A stretch of 40,824 nt of DNA from Nemertoderma westbladi (taxonomy: Eukaryota; Animalia; Xenacoelomorpha): the NCBI GenBank assembly GCA_032718475.1, contig JAUCBJ010004376.1, positions 1 to 40,824 on the forward strand. The letters are read 5' to 3'. The translations under genes and the position numbers were made by a program. Below the pieces are notes generated by a model. It was not told the origin of the DNA, ran no database searches, and saw nothing but the letters and a program-made list of their open reading frames with translations. This document shows, piece after piece, positions 24,176 through 33,969 of the stretch (positions within the stretch are counted from its first letter, which is position 1; each line of letters opens with the position of its first letter).

Positions 24176-25108
24176 GTGCAGACAGTGGTGCAGACAGTGC
24201 AGACTAACTACAGTAAGGTCTCAGGAATTCTTAGCCCGCGAGTTTTCTTAGCCTGCGAGTATTCTTGGCCCTTGGGTATTCTTAGCCTGCAAAACAATAA
24301 CGTTTATTGTTTTGGTTCCCCCAATACTCCTCTGAAACCTGCTCCTTTACTAAACTGCTCCTTTACTAACCTGCTCGCCCCTTTACTGTCTGCACCAGTG
24401 TCTGCACCACTGTCTGCACCAGTGTCTGCACCACTGTCTGCACCACTGACAGACTGGCTGCACCATTGTCTGCACCACTGTCTGCACCAGTGTCTGCACC
24501 ACTGTCTGCACCAGTGTCTACACCACTGTCTGCACCAGTGTCTGCACCACTGTCTGCACCACTGTCTGTACCACTGTCTGCACCAGTGTCTGCACCACTG
24601 TCTGCACCAGTGTCTGCACCACTGTCTGTACCAAAACCTGCACAACTGTCTGCACCAGTGTCTGCACAACTGCACCACTGTCTGCACCAGGTGTCTGCAC
24701 CACTGTTTGCACCACTGTCTGCACCACTGTTTGAACCACTGTTTGCACCACTGTCTGCACCACTGTCTGCCAGTCTGCACCACTGTCTGCACCACTGTCT
24801 GCACCAATGTCTGCCCAGTGTCTGCACCACTGTCTGCATCACTGTCTGCACCACTGTCTGCTCTGCACCAGTGTCTGCTTAACGTTTTCACCCCAAAATT
24901 AATTAGTACAACGATGGACAGATTGATTAGTCTTACTGTCTTCTGGCAGTCTGGTCTTAGCTCAATCAGTCAATGTATTACTTGGAATATTTAGCAAAGT
25001 TTGCTCCGGGCTTCTGCAGTATCAATTGCAGAAGCCGAACCGAACCGAACCGAAATTGCCAAACTTCGGCCCGAACCGAACCGAAGCCGAAGCTTCTGTT
25101 GAGCCCTA

Positions 25109-25830
25109 ATTACGACTGTACGAAAATACTCAAAAAAAAATTTCCGTTGTTCTGTTCCGTTTTCCAAAAGTTTGTGTGTCATTGCAGCAGTGTGTGTGTG
25201 TGTCAGTGTGTTGGAAGCCATAATTGTCGGAAAACCTTGAACATAGCTGCATAGAGCTGTAGAGTCCCAGTAGCCAATAAACGCTGAGTATTTCTAGCTT
25301 TACTTGTCATCAGAGGCATCCTGCAACTTCCCTTGCAGCCTTGTCAGCTTGCTTTAATGCTTTCATCTGCAAAATTGTTGTTGCTCAGCGACTGTTAGCG
25401 GTTGTTCGAGGAATTGCAGAATTGAACTAGCCATAGCTGCATAGTATAATTATAATTGTTCGCTAAGATGGCTTGTAGCTTTTGCTGCACGAAGGCCTCA
25501 CTCGTGTTATTAAGACTGTATTATATTACGTTAGTAAACCAGGTAAAGTCAGAAAGTAACAATGTATTATTATTTATTAAGTATGACTTAATTATATAAG
25601 CCAACTCTACTCACTGTATAGCTATAATAGTATTACAGTCTGACAGTCACTATAATAGATCAACCGACCTTACCGGATTATTTTACTTCATTCTTATGGT
25701 AATGTCCACTGCCGTAAGTAGGCATAGTATAGGCTTCCCTGTAATGATAAATTAAGTGATTGCATATTTATTCACATTTTATGCGGTAGAGTAGGGTCCT
25801 GATGTATTTGCAAGTGTCGATATACTGGCA
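25109..25830 (+). repeat. Direct duplication, copy 2 of 18960-20270
   Basis: Starts at the base immediately after the right TIR of hAT copy A; lacks the 19624-20202 MITE. Confidence 0.9.
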
Positions 25831-26659
25831 TTAACAGTGTGTTTTACACCTCGCCACAATGTCGACCTCGCCGCTACATTTATTATATAGCTTTAAGGTA
25901 CGAGGTGACCTGCGGTACGAAGATGAGCTGTGAAACGCGCGAGCGTGTACCAGCACGCAGCACCCATGTATGAGCTGCGCGATTTTTGGATTTTTTGAGA
26001 TTTGCATGACATGAGCCTGATGAGCTGCGCGATTTCGTATGGATTATGATGTGGTGCGCGACGAGCCTATTTCAGGTGCGCGGTGATGTCGAAACACAAA
26101 AGCGTACTTGCCCCCTAATGCATGAATTCCAACCTGGGCCTGTCTGCCTGTGGGCACCTAGTAATATACTGATTATATAGGCCTAGGCCTATCGATAATT
26201 CTAAATACTGCTGCAGTGCCTGTCTGCCTGTGTGCTGTAGCTGTACGTACCATACCAAACTGCCAAATACTGAAATAGAGGATAGCCCTCTGTCAGTCTG
26301 TCTACTGCTCTAAGCCGTAATTTGAGTTTATATACTTATCGCGAACAACTGTGGATGAGTGAAGTACGGTATAGCCTAGATACAAATAAGAATCAGATAG
26401 ATAAGACATAAGACTGTAAGATAAGAAAGATAAGAATCAAGTACCAGTATGCACAAAATCAATCTAAAACATTGAATGGAGCTTTGTTCATATTAATTAT
26501 ATATACCGGTAATTAGACAATTCTGATTTCGGGATACAGTATACAGAGATAGGCCTATCGCTATCAGCCTATTGCAAAAAAAATTATTTTTTGTAATTTT
26601 AACCTACCGTACAGCCGTAAGCCTACTCAGCTTGTCAGCTACTGTCCCGTTTATCTTGC

Positions 26660-26666
26660 TATAAAA
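26660..26666 (+). promoter_or_regulatory. Possible TATA box of the PTB-like gene
   Basis: TATAAAA about 90 bp upstream of the ATG; weak evidence in AT-rich DNA. Confidence 0.3.
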
Positions 26667-26750
26667 TAATTAAATAGGGCATCCCTACAGTACTGCAGTA
26701 ATAAGTTCAAGGTTTGCGACTTTTCTTAATCCAATGGTTGTGAGGAAATA

Positions 26751-28559
26751 ATGCAAAACATATATTATACTGGGACTGTGAGCGATTCTGCCAATCGAAC
26801 TCAACTAGAAGGTTATTCCAACGGTAGTGGGGCCGCCGGTAACGTTTCTGATTACTTAATAGCCCATCAATCGAGTTCCAACGACGTAATCGTAGACGCT
26901 ACCGGTAATTTCCAAACCACACCGTCCTTTGGTCAAGGCGACGCCGGAATCGGCTTGAAAAGGGGCTCGGTAGTCATGGATACCGACATTAGTATGTCTG
27001 TTGCTATGGACTCAAAGAAGGCTAAATTAGTGGAAGGAGATGGGTCGAGAGGCAGTCGGGGTGTGCCCCCACCTTCTCGAGTTATTCATATCAGAAATAT
27101 ACCGAGAGATATTTCTGAGGCGGAAATTGTTGAGTTTGGAGCTCCTTTCGGAAAGGTGACCAACATTCTAATGGCACGACAAAAGAATATGGCTTTTTTA
27201 GAGTTTGAATCTGTGGATCAGGGTGTTGCTTTGGTTTCGTATTACGAGCATAAATCGCCGATTCTGGGGAACAGAGTTGTATTTGTGAGCTACTCGATGC
27301 ACAAAGTCCTCGACATGCATGGCAGACCGAGTATAGATAGTACCAAGATGGGGTTTCTGCAAGGCGTCCAGACGAGCGCCCATTCCAACGCGGCCCAGGG
27401 ACGGCAAGTAAGTTGCGCGGGTAAGGTGTTGATAGTGATAGTGGAAAACATTCTGTACCCGGTGGAGGTAGACACGCTCCATCTTATATTCTCTAAGAGC
27501 GGTCCGGTCGCTCGCATAATGAGGTCCTTCAGTAAGCAGGGACCGTATCAAGCGCTCATTGAGTACGAACAGCCAGAAGCGGCGTACGCAGCGAAGGTTC
27601 ACCTCGACGGCCAGCGCATATACAACGTGTGCGACGGATACATCCTGCGAATCGATTACAGCAACTTGCCCACGCTAATGGTGCGACACAATGACGAAAA
27701 CAATCGGGACTACACCCTCGATAAAAGCCTGACCCACAGCAACCCCCAGCCCTTCCTCAACCCACCCATGATGGGCGAGGGGAGGTACCCCCCGAGTATG
27801 CTGCCTCTCTTACCGCCGTCTCACCAGTTTCCAGGCAACAGCAATGCCACCGCTCACGGATCCAACCAATCGCAGCAGGTGTTCCCTGGTCCTGGATTCG
27901 ATCCGGAGTCCTCCCGTGGTGGTGGCCCCATGATGCCGCCAATGCCGGGATCTGTTCTCCTCGTCACCAACATTAACGTTGATAAACTCAACATAAACGC
28001 GATGTTTACGTTGTTTGGAATCTACGGCGACGTCCAAAGAATTAAAATCCTATATGAAAAGCGAAATAACGCTCTCGTAGAGATGACTAATCCCACGGAA
28101 GCGCAGTCCTGCATAAATCACCTGTCGGGTAAAAGTGTGTATGGTAGCACCATCCGAGTGGTTCAATCGAAGCACCCCACAATCACATTCAACCGGCCGC
28201 AGGCACCCGACGATTCCGGGGATCCAATCCTCGCCAAGGATTTCTCCGGCTCCACGGCTCATCGATTCAAGATCCCTTCGTCCCGGAACCAACAGAACGT
28301 GTACCCTCCCTCATCCATCCTCCATATATCCAACATACCGGAAGGCGTCACCTCCGACGATATTGTCGCAATTTGCAAGTCGTTCGACCTCGACATAATA
28401 TCATTCAACTTCTTTAAGAATACACAGAAGATGGGACTGGCCCGTCTTGAGTCGATGGAGCAGGGGATTGAGGGTGTCATTGCATTGCATAACTACCCCA
28501 TCAAAGATAAGGTCTCACTCAAAGCCAGCTTCGCCAAGAACAATCCTCACTCTTTCTAA
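26751..28559 (+). CDS. PTBP: Polypyrimidine tract-binding protein (PTB/hnRNP I) homologue, four RRMs, single exon
   Basis: Bipartite NLS GLKRGS...DSKKAK; RRM1 PSRVIHIRNIP..FGKVTNIL..AFLEF; RRM2 VLIVIVENILYPV..LHLIFSKSG..QALIEY..LDGQRIYNVC..LRIDYS; Pro/Gly linker; RRM3 SVLLVTN..FTLFGIYGDVQRIKIL..ALVEM; KDFS.S..HRFKIPSSRNQQNVYPPSSILHISNIP; RRM4 ending LKASFAK. Confidence 0.95.
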   Translation: MQNIYYTGTVSDSANRTQLEGYSNGSGAAGNVSDYLIAHQSSSNDVIVDATGNFQTTPSFGQGDAGIGLKRGSVVMDTDISMSVAMDSKKAKLVEGDGSRGSRGVPPPSRVIHIRNIPRDISEAEIVEFGAPFGKVTNILMARQKNMAFLEFESVDQGVALVSYYEHKSPILGNRVVFVSYSMHKVLDMHGRPSIDSTKMGFLQGVQTSAHSNAAQGRQVSCAGKVLIVIVENILYPVEVDTLHLIFSKSGPVARIMRSFSKQGPYQALIEYEQPEAAYAAKVHLDGQRIYNVCDGYILRIDYSNLPTLMVRHNDENNRDYTLDKSLTHSNPQPFLNPPMMGEGRYPPSMLPLLPPSHQFPGNSNATAHGSNQSQQVFPGPGFDPESSRGGGPMMPPMPGSVLLVTNINVDKLNINAMFTLFGIYGDVQRIKILYEKRNNALVEMTNPTEAQSCINHLSGKSVYGSTIRVVQSKHPTITFNRPQAPDDSGDPILAKDFSGSTAHRFKIPSSRNQQNVYPPSSILHISNIPEGVTSDDIVAICKSFDLDIISFNFFKNTQKMGLARLESMEQGIEGVIALHNYPIKDKVSLKASFAKNNPHSF

Positions 28560-28690
28560 TTTGAAGGAAAAGTTGTGGTGGAATATGGTGTTCTAGAGGG
28601 AGTGGCCAGGATACAATTATACAAAACATACATGCAATCAATCTTAATAATCCTTATGCTTTATAGTTTGATGACATAAATTTGGGCAAC

Positions 28691-28696
28691 AATAAA
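28691..28696 (+). terminator. Putative polyadenylation signal for the PTB-like gene
   Basis: AATAAA about 130 bp after the stop, followed by a GT-rich/(GT)n tract at about 28731-28760. Confidence 0.5.
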
Positions 28697-30454
28697 TGCT
28701 ACAGTTGGAATCAAAATGGAACTATAATCATTGTGAGTGTGTGTGTGTGTGTGTGTGTATGTATATTATTATATGTGGGCTATATATATGTCTGTAGTGT
28801 GTAGTATATATAGTGTGAGAAAATTATGCAATTATTCATACAACCGCAGGCACAATTCGACTTGCATCACTATTAGTTGTGAAAAATTCCAAAAAAAATT
28901 TCAGCACTACAGTATATTGACTTCACTTTATCTACCGATACCTAGTTCGAAGAAAAACCAGTGTAATCACTGTCTTGGTCTTCCCAGGTCAAATAATGCT
29001 GAAAAATGTGTAAAATCTATTTTTGCTAAAATAATTATTAAAAAAAGTATAATTGTATATCCTGGTCACTCTTTATCTTCTCAGCTCAGATGACGCACGA
29101 TTGACCATTGCAGGTTCAAAGGGTACGTATGTCCTGCCCCAACTATATCACTGCTGTTTGTAGCATCATCTTTCATTGGTCTCTATCTACTCTCTACGGT
29201 CAATGCATCACGGGTGCTGGGATGGGATGCTTGCTTCTCTGACTTTCTATTAATCAGGGTAACAATCTGCATACTTTCTGGTTCACTGCAGCTTCTAAAT
29301 TTAAAACTTTGTTGTCATCATGACCTCTATACTTGTCCACCAAAGATTCCTACGTTTACTAGAGCTATATACTCCAATTTATGGTGTATAACTTGATATA
29401 TGCTGCTATACAACTTCTACACATTATTTACATCTGGGAGAATGAGTTTATCTAAAGGGATGGCCTCCTAAAGCTCTCATACCGTCTAATGTTCTGTTCA
29501 TCAGCAACTATTATTATTTTATTTAACTTGAAATCAATATCGGAAATATCTAGTACTGTTTTCTACATATTTATGCTATGGGTTGAAGATTCGCATCTGT
29601 CCTAATTGATGTTCTGGCTAGCTGGCTGCTAAGTCTAACTAACTTATCGACCGACATTCATGTGATTTCTTACTGGTGTTAGATTAACTATTACTGTAGT
29701 AATTACTTCTATTTCTATATACTGTACACGACGTACAGTATGTTAGTGTGTGTGTGTCATTAAACTATTATTAGGTAGGGATTACTGTTGGAATCTATTT
29801 ACACTACTATAGGCCTTCTATATAATCCTTTCCGTTTTAATTTTATGTCTCGTCTAACAATAATTTTAATCCTTACGTGTTCTCTAAGTGAATCATTATT
29901 TTCATATCTTAACACTCTAATAATGTGGCGTACTCTACTTGTACCAACTTAGGTGAGAGTCAGTTTTTATTGTAACCATCACTGTTTAACAGACGGCTGT
30001 TATCAGTTTGTGGCAGCACGTCCGACAATTGGACGTCATATTTTGTGTCTAATGATTAAGGCTTTACAGAAAAATGTCGTATCGTTCGTGATAGATAATG
30101 ATAAAATAATCACCTTCCATTATCCAAGATTACTAAATTTATAAAAGAAAATCTGTCTGAAGTTTTAGTCCAAAATGTTGTTCAAAAATCAAATGTAAAT
30201 ATTGGTATTAATATAGTATTATAGAATATTGGATTGATTTATCTGTATTATTCCAATTTTTTATTTCCCCCTTTTCTTTTTTGTACCGTAGTTTAAAGGC
30301 TTAATCTTTTCAATCTCTCATTTAACTTGCCGCATAGTACTAAAGAGATTTCGATCTGTCATTGTGTCGGCTTGTAGCTAACAGTAGGTGTAGTGGATGC
30401 GCCTTGTTTCCATGAGTGAATGTGCTGCTACCTACACTCCACTCCGACCTATGT

Positions 30455-30765
30455 ATGTGGGGCGAGCCACGGAGTGAGCGAAGCCTTAGCATATGGGTGC
30501 CATTGCGTTTTCTGTCGTCATCGCCTGTCGTCGTCGTAAATTTTTGATCGCTAATAACTCGGTTATTCCTTGATGAAATTAAACGAAACTTGGTATGTAT
30601 GTAGTCGATCAAAGGTTTGGTCAAAAACGAATGAACGCAACGAGGCACAAGTGGAGCACAGGTATTGTGTTGAAGACTTCTGACTAACGGCAGACAACTC
30701 GTTAATAGTGCCCATATGCTAAAGGCTTTGCTCACTTCGTGCTGCGCGAAGGCCTCACGAATGTA
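30455..30765 (+). mobile_element. Helentron-associated non-autonomous element (HINE / DINE-1-like)
   Basis: Subterminal inverted repeats GTGAGCGAAGCCTTAGCATATGGG (30474-30497) / CCCATATGCTAAAGGCTTTGCTCAC (30711-30735); (GTC)n microsatellite at about 30512-30536; ACGAAACTTGGTATG core; 3' stem-loop TTCGTG..CACGAA (30736-30761). Confidence 0.75.
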
Positions 30766-31569
30766 CGTATGTACGTATCAACTTATCTGGTATGTTTAGA
30801 ACGACACAAGCCTACCCCTACCCTACATACCGGTACATATGGGTCAATGCCAACCATATTCACCAATGTCCCGTTCGTGATTTTTGAAATTTGTTGAATT
30901 TTGAATTTAACTCTGAGAATGTGCCATAGTGATGGTTAGAAAGAGCGATAATTTCTGCATATTTAACCAGAAAGTGCCCCAAAAATATCTTGGCCGTTAT
31001 TGAGAGAAACGTTCTGGAATCCAAAAGTTGAGAAACATTTTTGTCACATATGGGAAATTTATTTATATTTCCATATTCCTTATATTCCCATTTCCATTTC
31101 CTTTATTTCCATATTCTTTAAAATTTGAAGTAACAGCCGTTTAATGGTGGTATTGAGGTGTCCGGCAAGAGATATCAGATCGAAGTAGAACGTTTTCTAA
31201 TGAGAAAAAAATAAAAAATAATGTCACGGATAAGACATTTTTCATCCTGTGACAACATAAAGTTTCACTTTGGGGGAAAATTTGCCATAAAAAGTGGGGC
31301 TGGTCGTTTTTTTTTCCTGTTAATAACAATGTGATACACAAAACTGAAATTGCATATGGTCAACTGAAAGTCGTTATTCTGTATCAAAAATTAAATTGAA
31401 AATGTAAATAGACAGTTTTTGATGTCATGTATATTGACATGGTATAGAACGAAATTTACATGGAAACTATTATTATAATTTTTGACATTTATTTTCCAAT
31501 TAAAAACAAATAATAAAATTCTTCAAACAACTCCTCAGTACTAGAATTTAAATCCAGTTTATCGTCCTT

Positions 31570-31650
31570 CCCACTGCCAACTCCTGTTCCATTCCAAACT
31601 TCCATCCCACTGCCAACTCCTGTTCCATTCCAAACTTCCATCCCACTCTC
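31570..31650 (+). repeat. 36-bp tandem repeat, just over 2 copies
   Basis: CCCACTGCCAACTCCTGTTCCATTCCAAACTTCCAT at 31570 and 31606, partial at 31642. Confidence 0.85.
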
Positions 31651-32480
31651 AACTATTGTCCCAATCTCAAAACCCTTTCAACAAATAGTTAATTCGGTCT
31701 GTTGTCAATTAAGGGGAAGGAGCAGGTTACAGTTTGTCTGTGACTGGTAATTAGTTGTTTAGACCATGATTAACTTCTGCCCCCAACACAATGTCAAGTA
31801 TGGCCGTATACAGGCCGTCACGTGGTGGGACATGGCAGTTTTTCAACCTGGCCAAATAAATGTTTACGTAGCAGTCTCACTGATACAACCCATACGGCAT
31901 ACATGGTAGAACTATCAGAGAAATGGATGTGGTGATCTAAATCTTTATGAGTTCGCGTTTTCTGATCGAAAACATCTGTTATGTATGGGACACTTTTTTG
32001 GACCATTTTGGAGACGCTCACGCAATTTAATCATATGAACTGCTAAAACACTAAAAATTGCCAATCTAACAGAAACACATGGAAGAATATGAGTGGAAAT
32101 ATGAGTGTTAACACATCGGGTTAATGGTCCTTATTTGACTATTTATATGCCATTAAATTAATCATTTACCGAGTGTCACGGACCACGTTAACTTTTGTTG
32201 TATTTCTGATATTTCAAATTTACTACGAAGCTACGTTTATTTGTTCACAGGAAGTATACTCAGCAGGGATATTAGTCGTTTAGCACCTGAATTGTAATTT
32301 TAATGGCCAAAATGAGCCCGTAATCACATTAACAAATTTTGTTTTTAAATTCGATGTTACTTTTTCTATAACAAACTGTGGTTGGTGTGTATCACAGCAG
32401 GAGGGGACCGATTATAATGTATCTGGCGCAGATAGGGGGGGAAACTGGACACACAGAAAATTATCTCACCAGTGGAAACT

Positions 32481-32790
32481 GGACGCAAATCCCAGAAATG
32501 GTGAATTTGGGAATAAGGTATTTGGGATTTGGGAATAAGGTATTTGGAATTTAGGAATAAGGTATTTGGGATTTGGGAATAAGGTATTTGGAATTTAGGA
32601 ATAAGGTATTTGGGATTAAGGTATTTGGGAATAAGGTATTGGGGATTAAGGTATTTCGGAATAAGGTATTTGGAATTTAGGAATAAGGTATTTGGGATTA
32701 AGGTATTTGGGAATAAGGTATTGGGGATTAAGGTATTTCGGAATAAGGTATTTGGAATTTGGGAATAAGGTATTTGGGAATAAGGTATTT
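32481..32790 (-). repeat. MITE terminus plus AATAAGGTATTTGGG array (same family as 10160-10519)
   Basis: GGACGCAAAT at 32481 followed by the reverse-complement 15/22-bp array. Confidence 0.9.
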
Positions 32791-33019
32791 GTCTCTTCTT
32801 ATTAGCCATCTGGTTACTATGATTGAGGTCTGTGAGGTAGTTGGATATAAGGATGTGTTTTAGTATTTTTTCAAAAATGTTGATAGATACTATGGGCCGG
32901 TAAGATGATGGGTTGTAAGTATTCCGTCCCTTGCCTTTGAATGGGCTGATTAAGACTGAATCTCCGTAAGAAGAGGGCACCGATTTTAGTAGGAAACAAC
33001 AATTGACCAAGTTAGCCAA
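32791..33019 (-). mobile_element. LINE reverse-transcriptase N-terminal fragment (pseudogenic)
   Basis: LANLVNCCF....VPSSY..SVLISPFKGKG....NPSSYRPIVSINIFEKIL, typical non-LTR RT domains 0-2; truncated by the adjacent repeat array. Confidence 0.75.
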
Positions 33020-33969
33020 TTTTCACATACAGGGTCTGGCTAGAAGTGAAGTAGGTGCTCTATTGTTAGAGATTACATATCTGGTGCCTTCCAGTAGATA
33101 TTGATATGATAGCGCGCCTTACTGAAAGAGGTGTGTGTGGCACGGGGTTTTTCTTGCAGTCTTCATCTAATTTATTTGAATTCTTAGATCGAGCAGCTTT
33201 TCTGTATCTTGACATAACCTACTATAATACGACCTGGCAAGCTGCAGCAACCCTTCAAATTTAGTGGGCCTACTTTTTTTTTACTTGTAAACTGGTTGTT
33301 ATTTTTCCAGTTACACTCTCCATGCGTTTTTTTTTTATCATTGGTGACATCAATCAACGATTTTTTCATGGAAAAATCAAGCAGCGTAGCTCAGACTGCG
33401 TAAACAAACCGTAAAATATTAATAATATAATGGGGGGTTACTGTGTTTGAAGTCAACATATTGAAATGGCATACTCCTCAAAAAATGAAATAAGTTTGAA
33501 TAAAGTGCAATATACATTTTTGTTGGACTATAATATTGAATTTAGATAAATTTACTTAAATTTCTGTAAGACTATCGGTCGGTCTCTCCAACTGTCTGTC
33601 TGCCAAATAAAAAGTAAAGCACACCATCTCCTAAAAGTACATTGCTAAGGGCTGCAATAGCTATTGTTATGGGGGTTTTCCTGGGCTGTGATTTCTATTC
33701 CCTATGTCTGTTTTTACGTACGTAAACGGTCCCTCAACCCATGCTTTACTGATATTATTACTTTATATTACTATTAGATACTTTATATCACTATCAAGTT
33801 CTTTATGTCAATACTTTATTGTTTATATTAGTATATATTACGACTACCGACCCAATATTTACCAGTCACCACCTCCTGTGTAAAAACACATCAATGGCAC
33901 ATCACTGTATGCACTGCACATAATGAAGTTTACGTTTATCGGTACTACTGTAGCTTTGTTATAACACAT

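Larger units (their letters stand above)
21861..24893. mobile_element. MULE-like MITE with expanded 12-bp GTGGTGCAGACA arrays in both arms
   Basis: GTGTAAACGTTAAGCAGACA ... TGTCTGCTTAACGTTTTCACCC; arrays at 21875-22271 and 24176-24205 (+) and 24385-24878 (inverted); absent from hAT copy B at the homologous junction (about 23145-23158). Confidence 0.85.
21253..25108 (+). mobile_element. hAT-type MITE copy A (TAGGG termini, CCGAA repeats) with nested insertions
   Basis: TAGGGTTCAACAGAAG ... CTTCTGTTGAGCCCTA; body colinear with the reverse complement of 22945-23914; flanks (TGCCACAT / ATTACGAC) do not form a TSD. Confidence 0.85.
18777..26137. mobile_element. Large compound non-autonomous TIR element, CCAGGTTGGAATTC termini, 8-bp TSD (GCACCTAG), hAT/P-like
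   Basis: GCACCTAG(18769-18776)|CCAGGTTGGAATTCTTGC ... GCATGAATTCCAACCTGG(26137), then 16 bp of scar, then GCACCTAG (26154-26161); TGCGCG subterminal repeats at both ends. Confidence 0.75.

Noticed and set aside
21847-24994. His/Cys-rich, SAPL and VQT repeat ORFs (also 38287-39170)
   Set aside because: They are translations of the 12-bp GTGGTGCAGACA array, open in most frames on both strands and bounded by MITE termini.
27198-28480. Antisense and alternative-frame ORFs over the PTB-like gene
   Set aside because: Shadow ORFs of a GC-rich coding region with no recognisable motifs.
395-28559. Viral or prokaryotic origin of the intronless genes
   Set aside because: Gene density is very low, no viral hallmark genes are present, and the context is animal-type LINEs, SINEs and MITEs.
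29090-29520. Possible decayed LINE endonuclease fragments on the minus strand (also ~37530-37900)
   Set aside because: Only isolated weak motifs (IGVY, FLQE) amid many stops; not supportable without a translated homology search.
32366-33019. 217-aa ORF as a gene
   Set aside because: A chance fusion of a LINE RT fragment with a minisatellite read-through.
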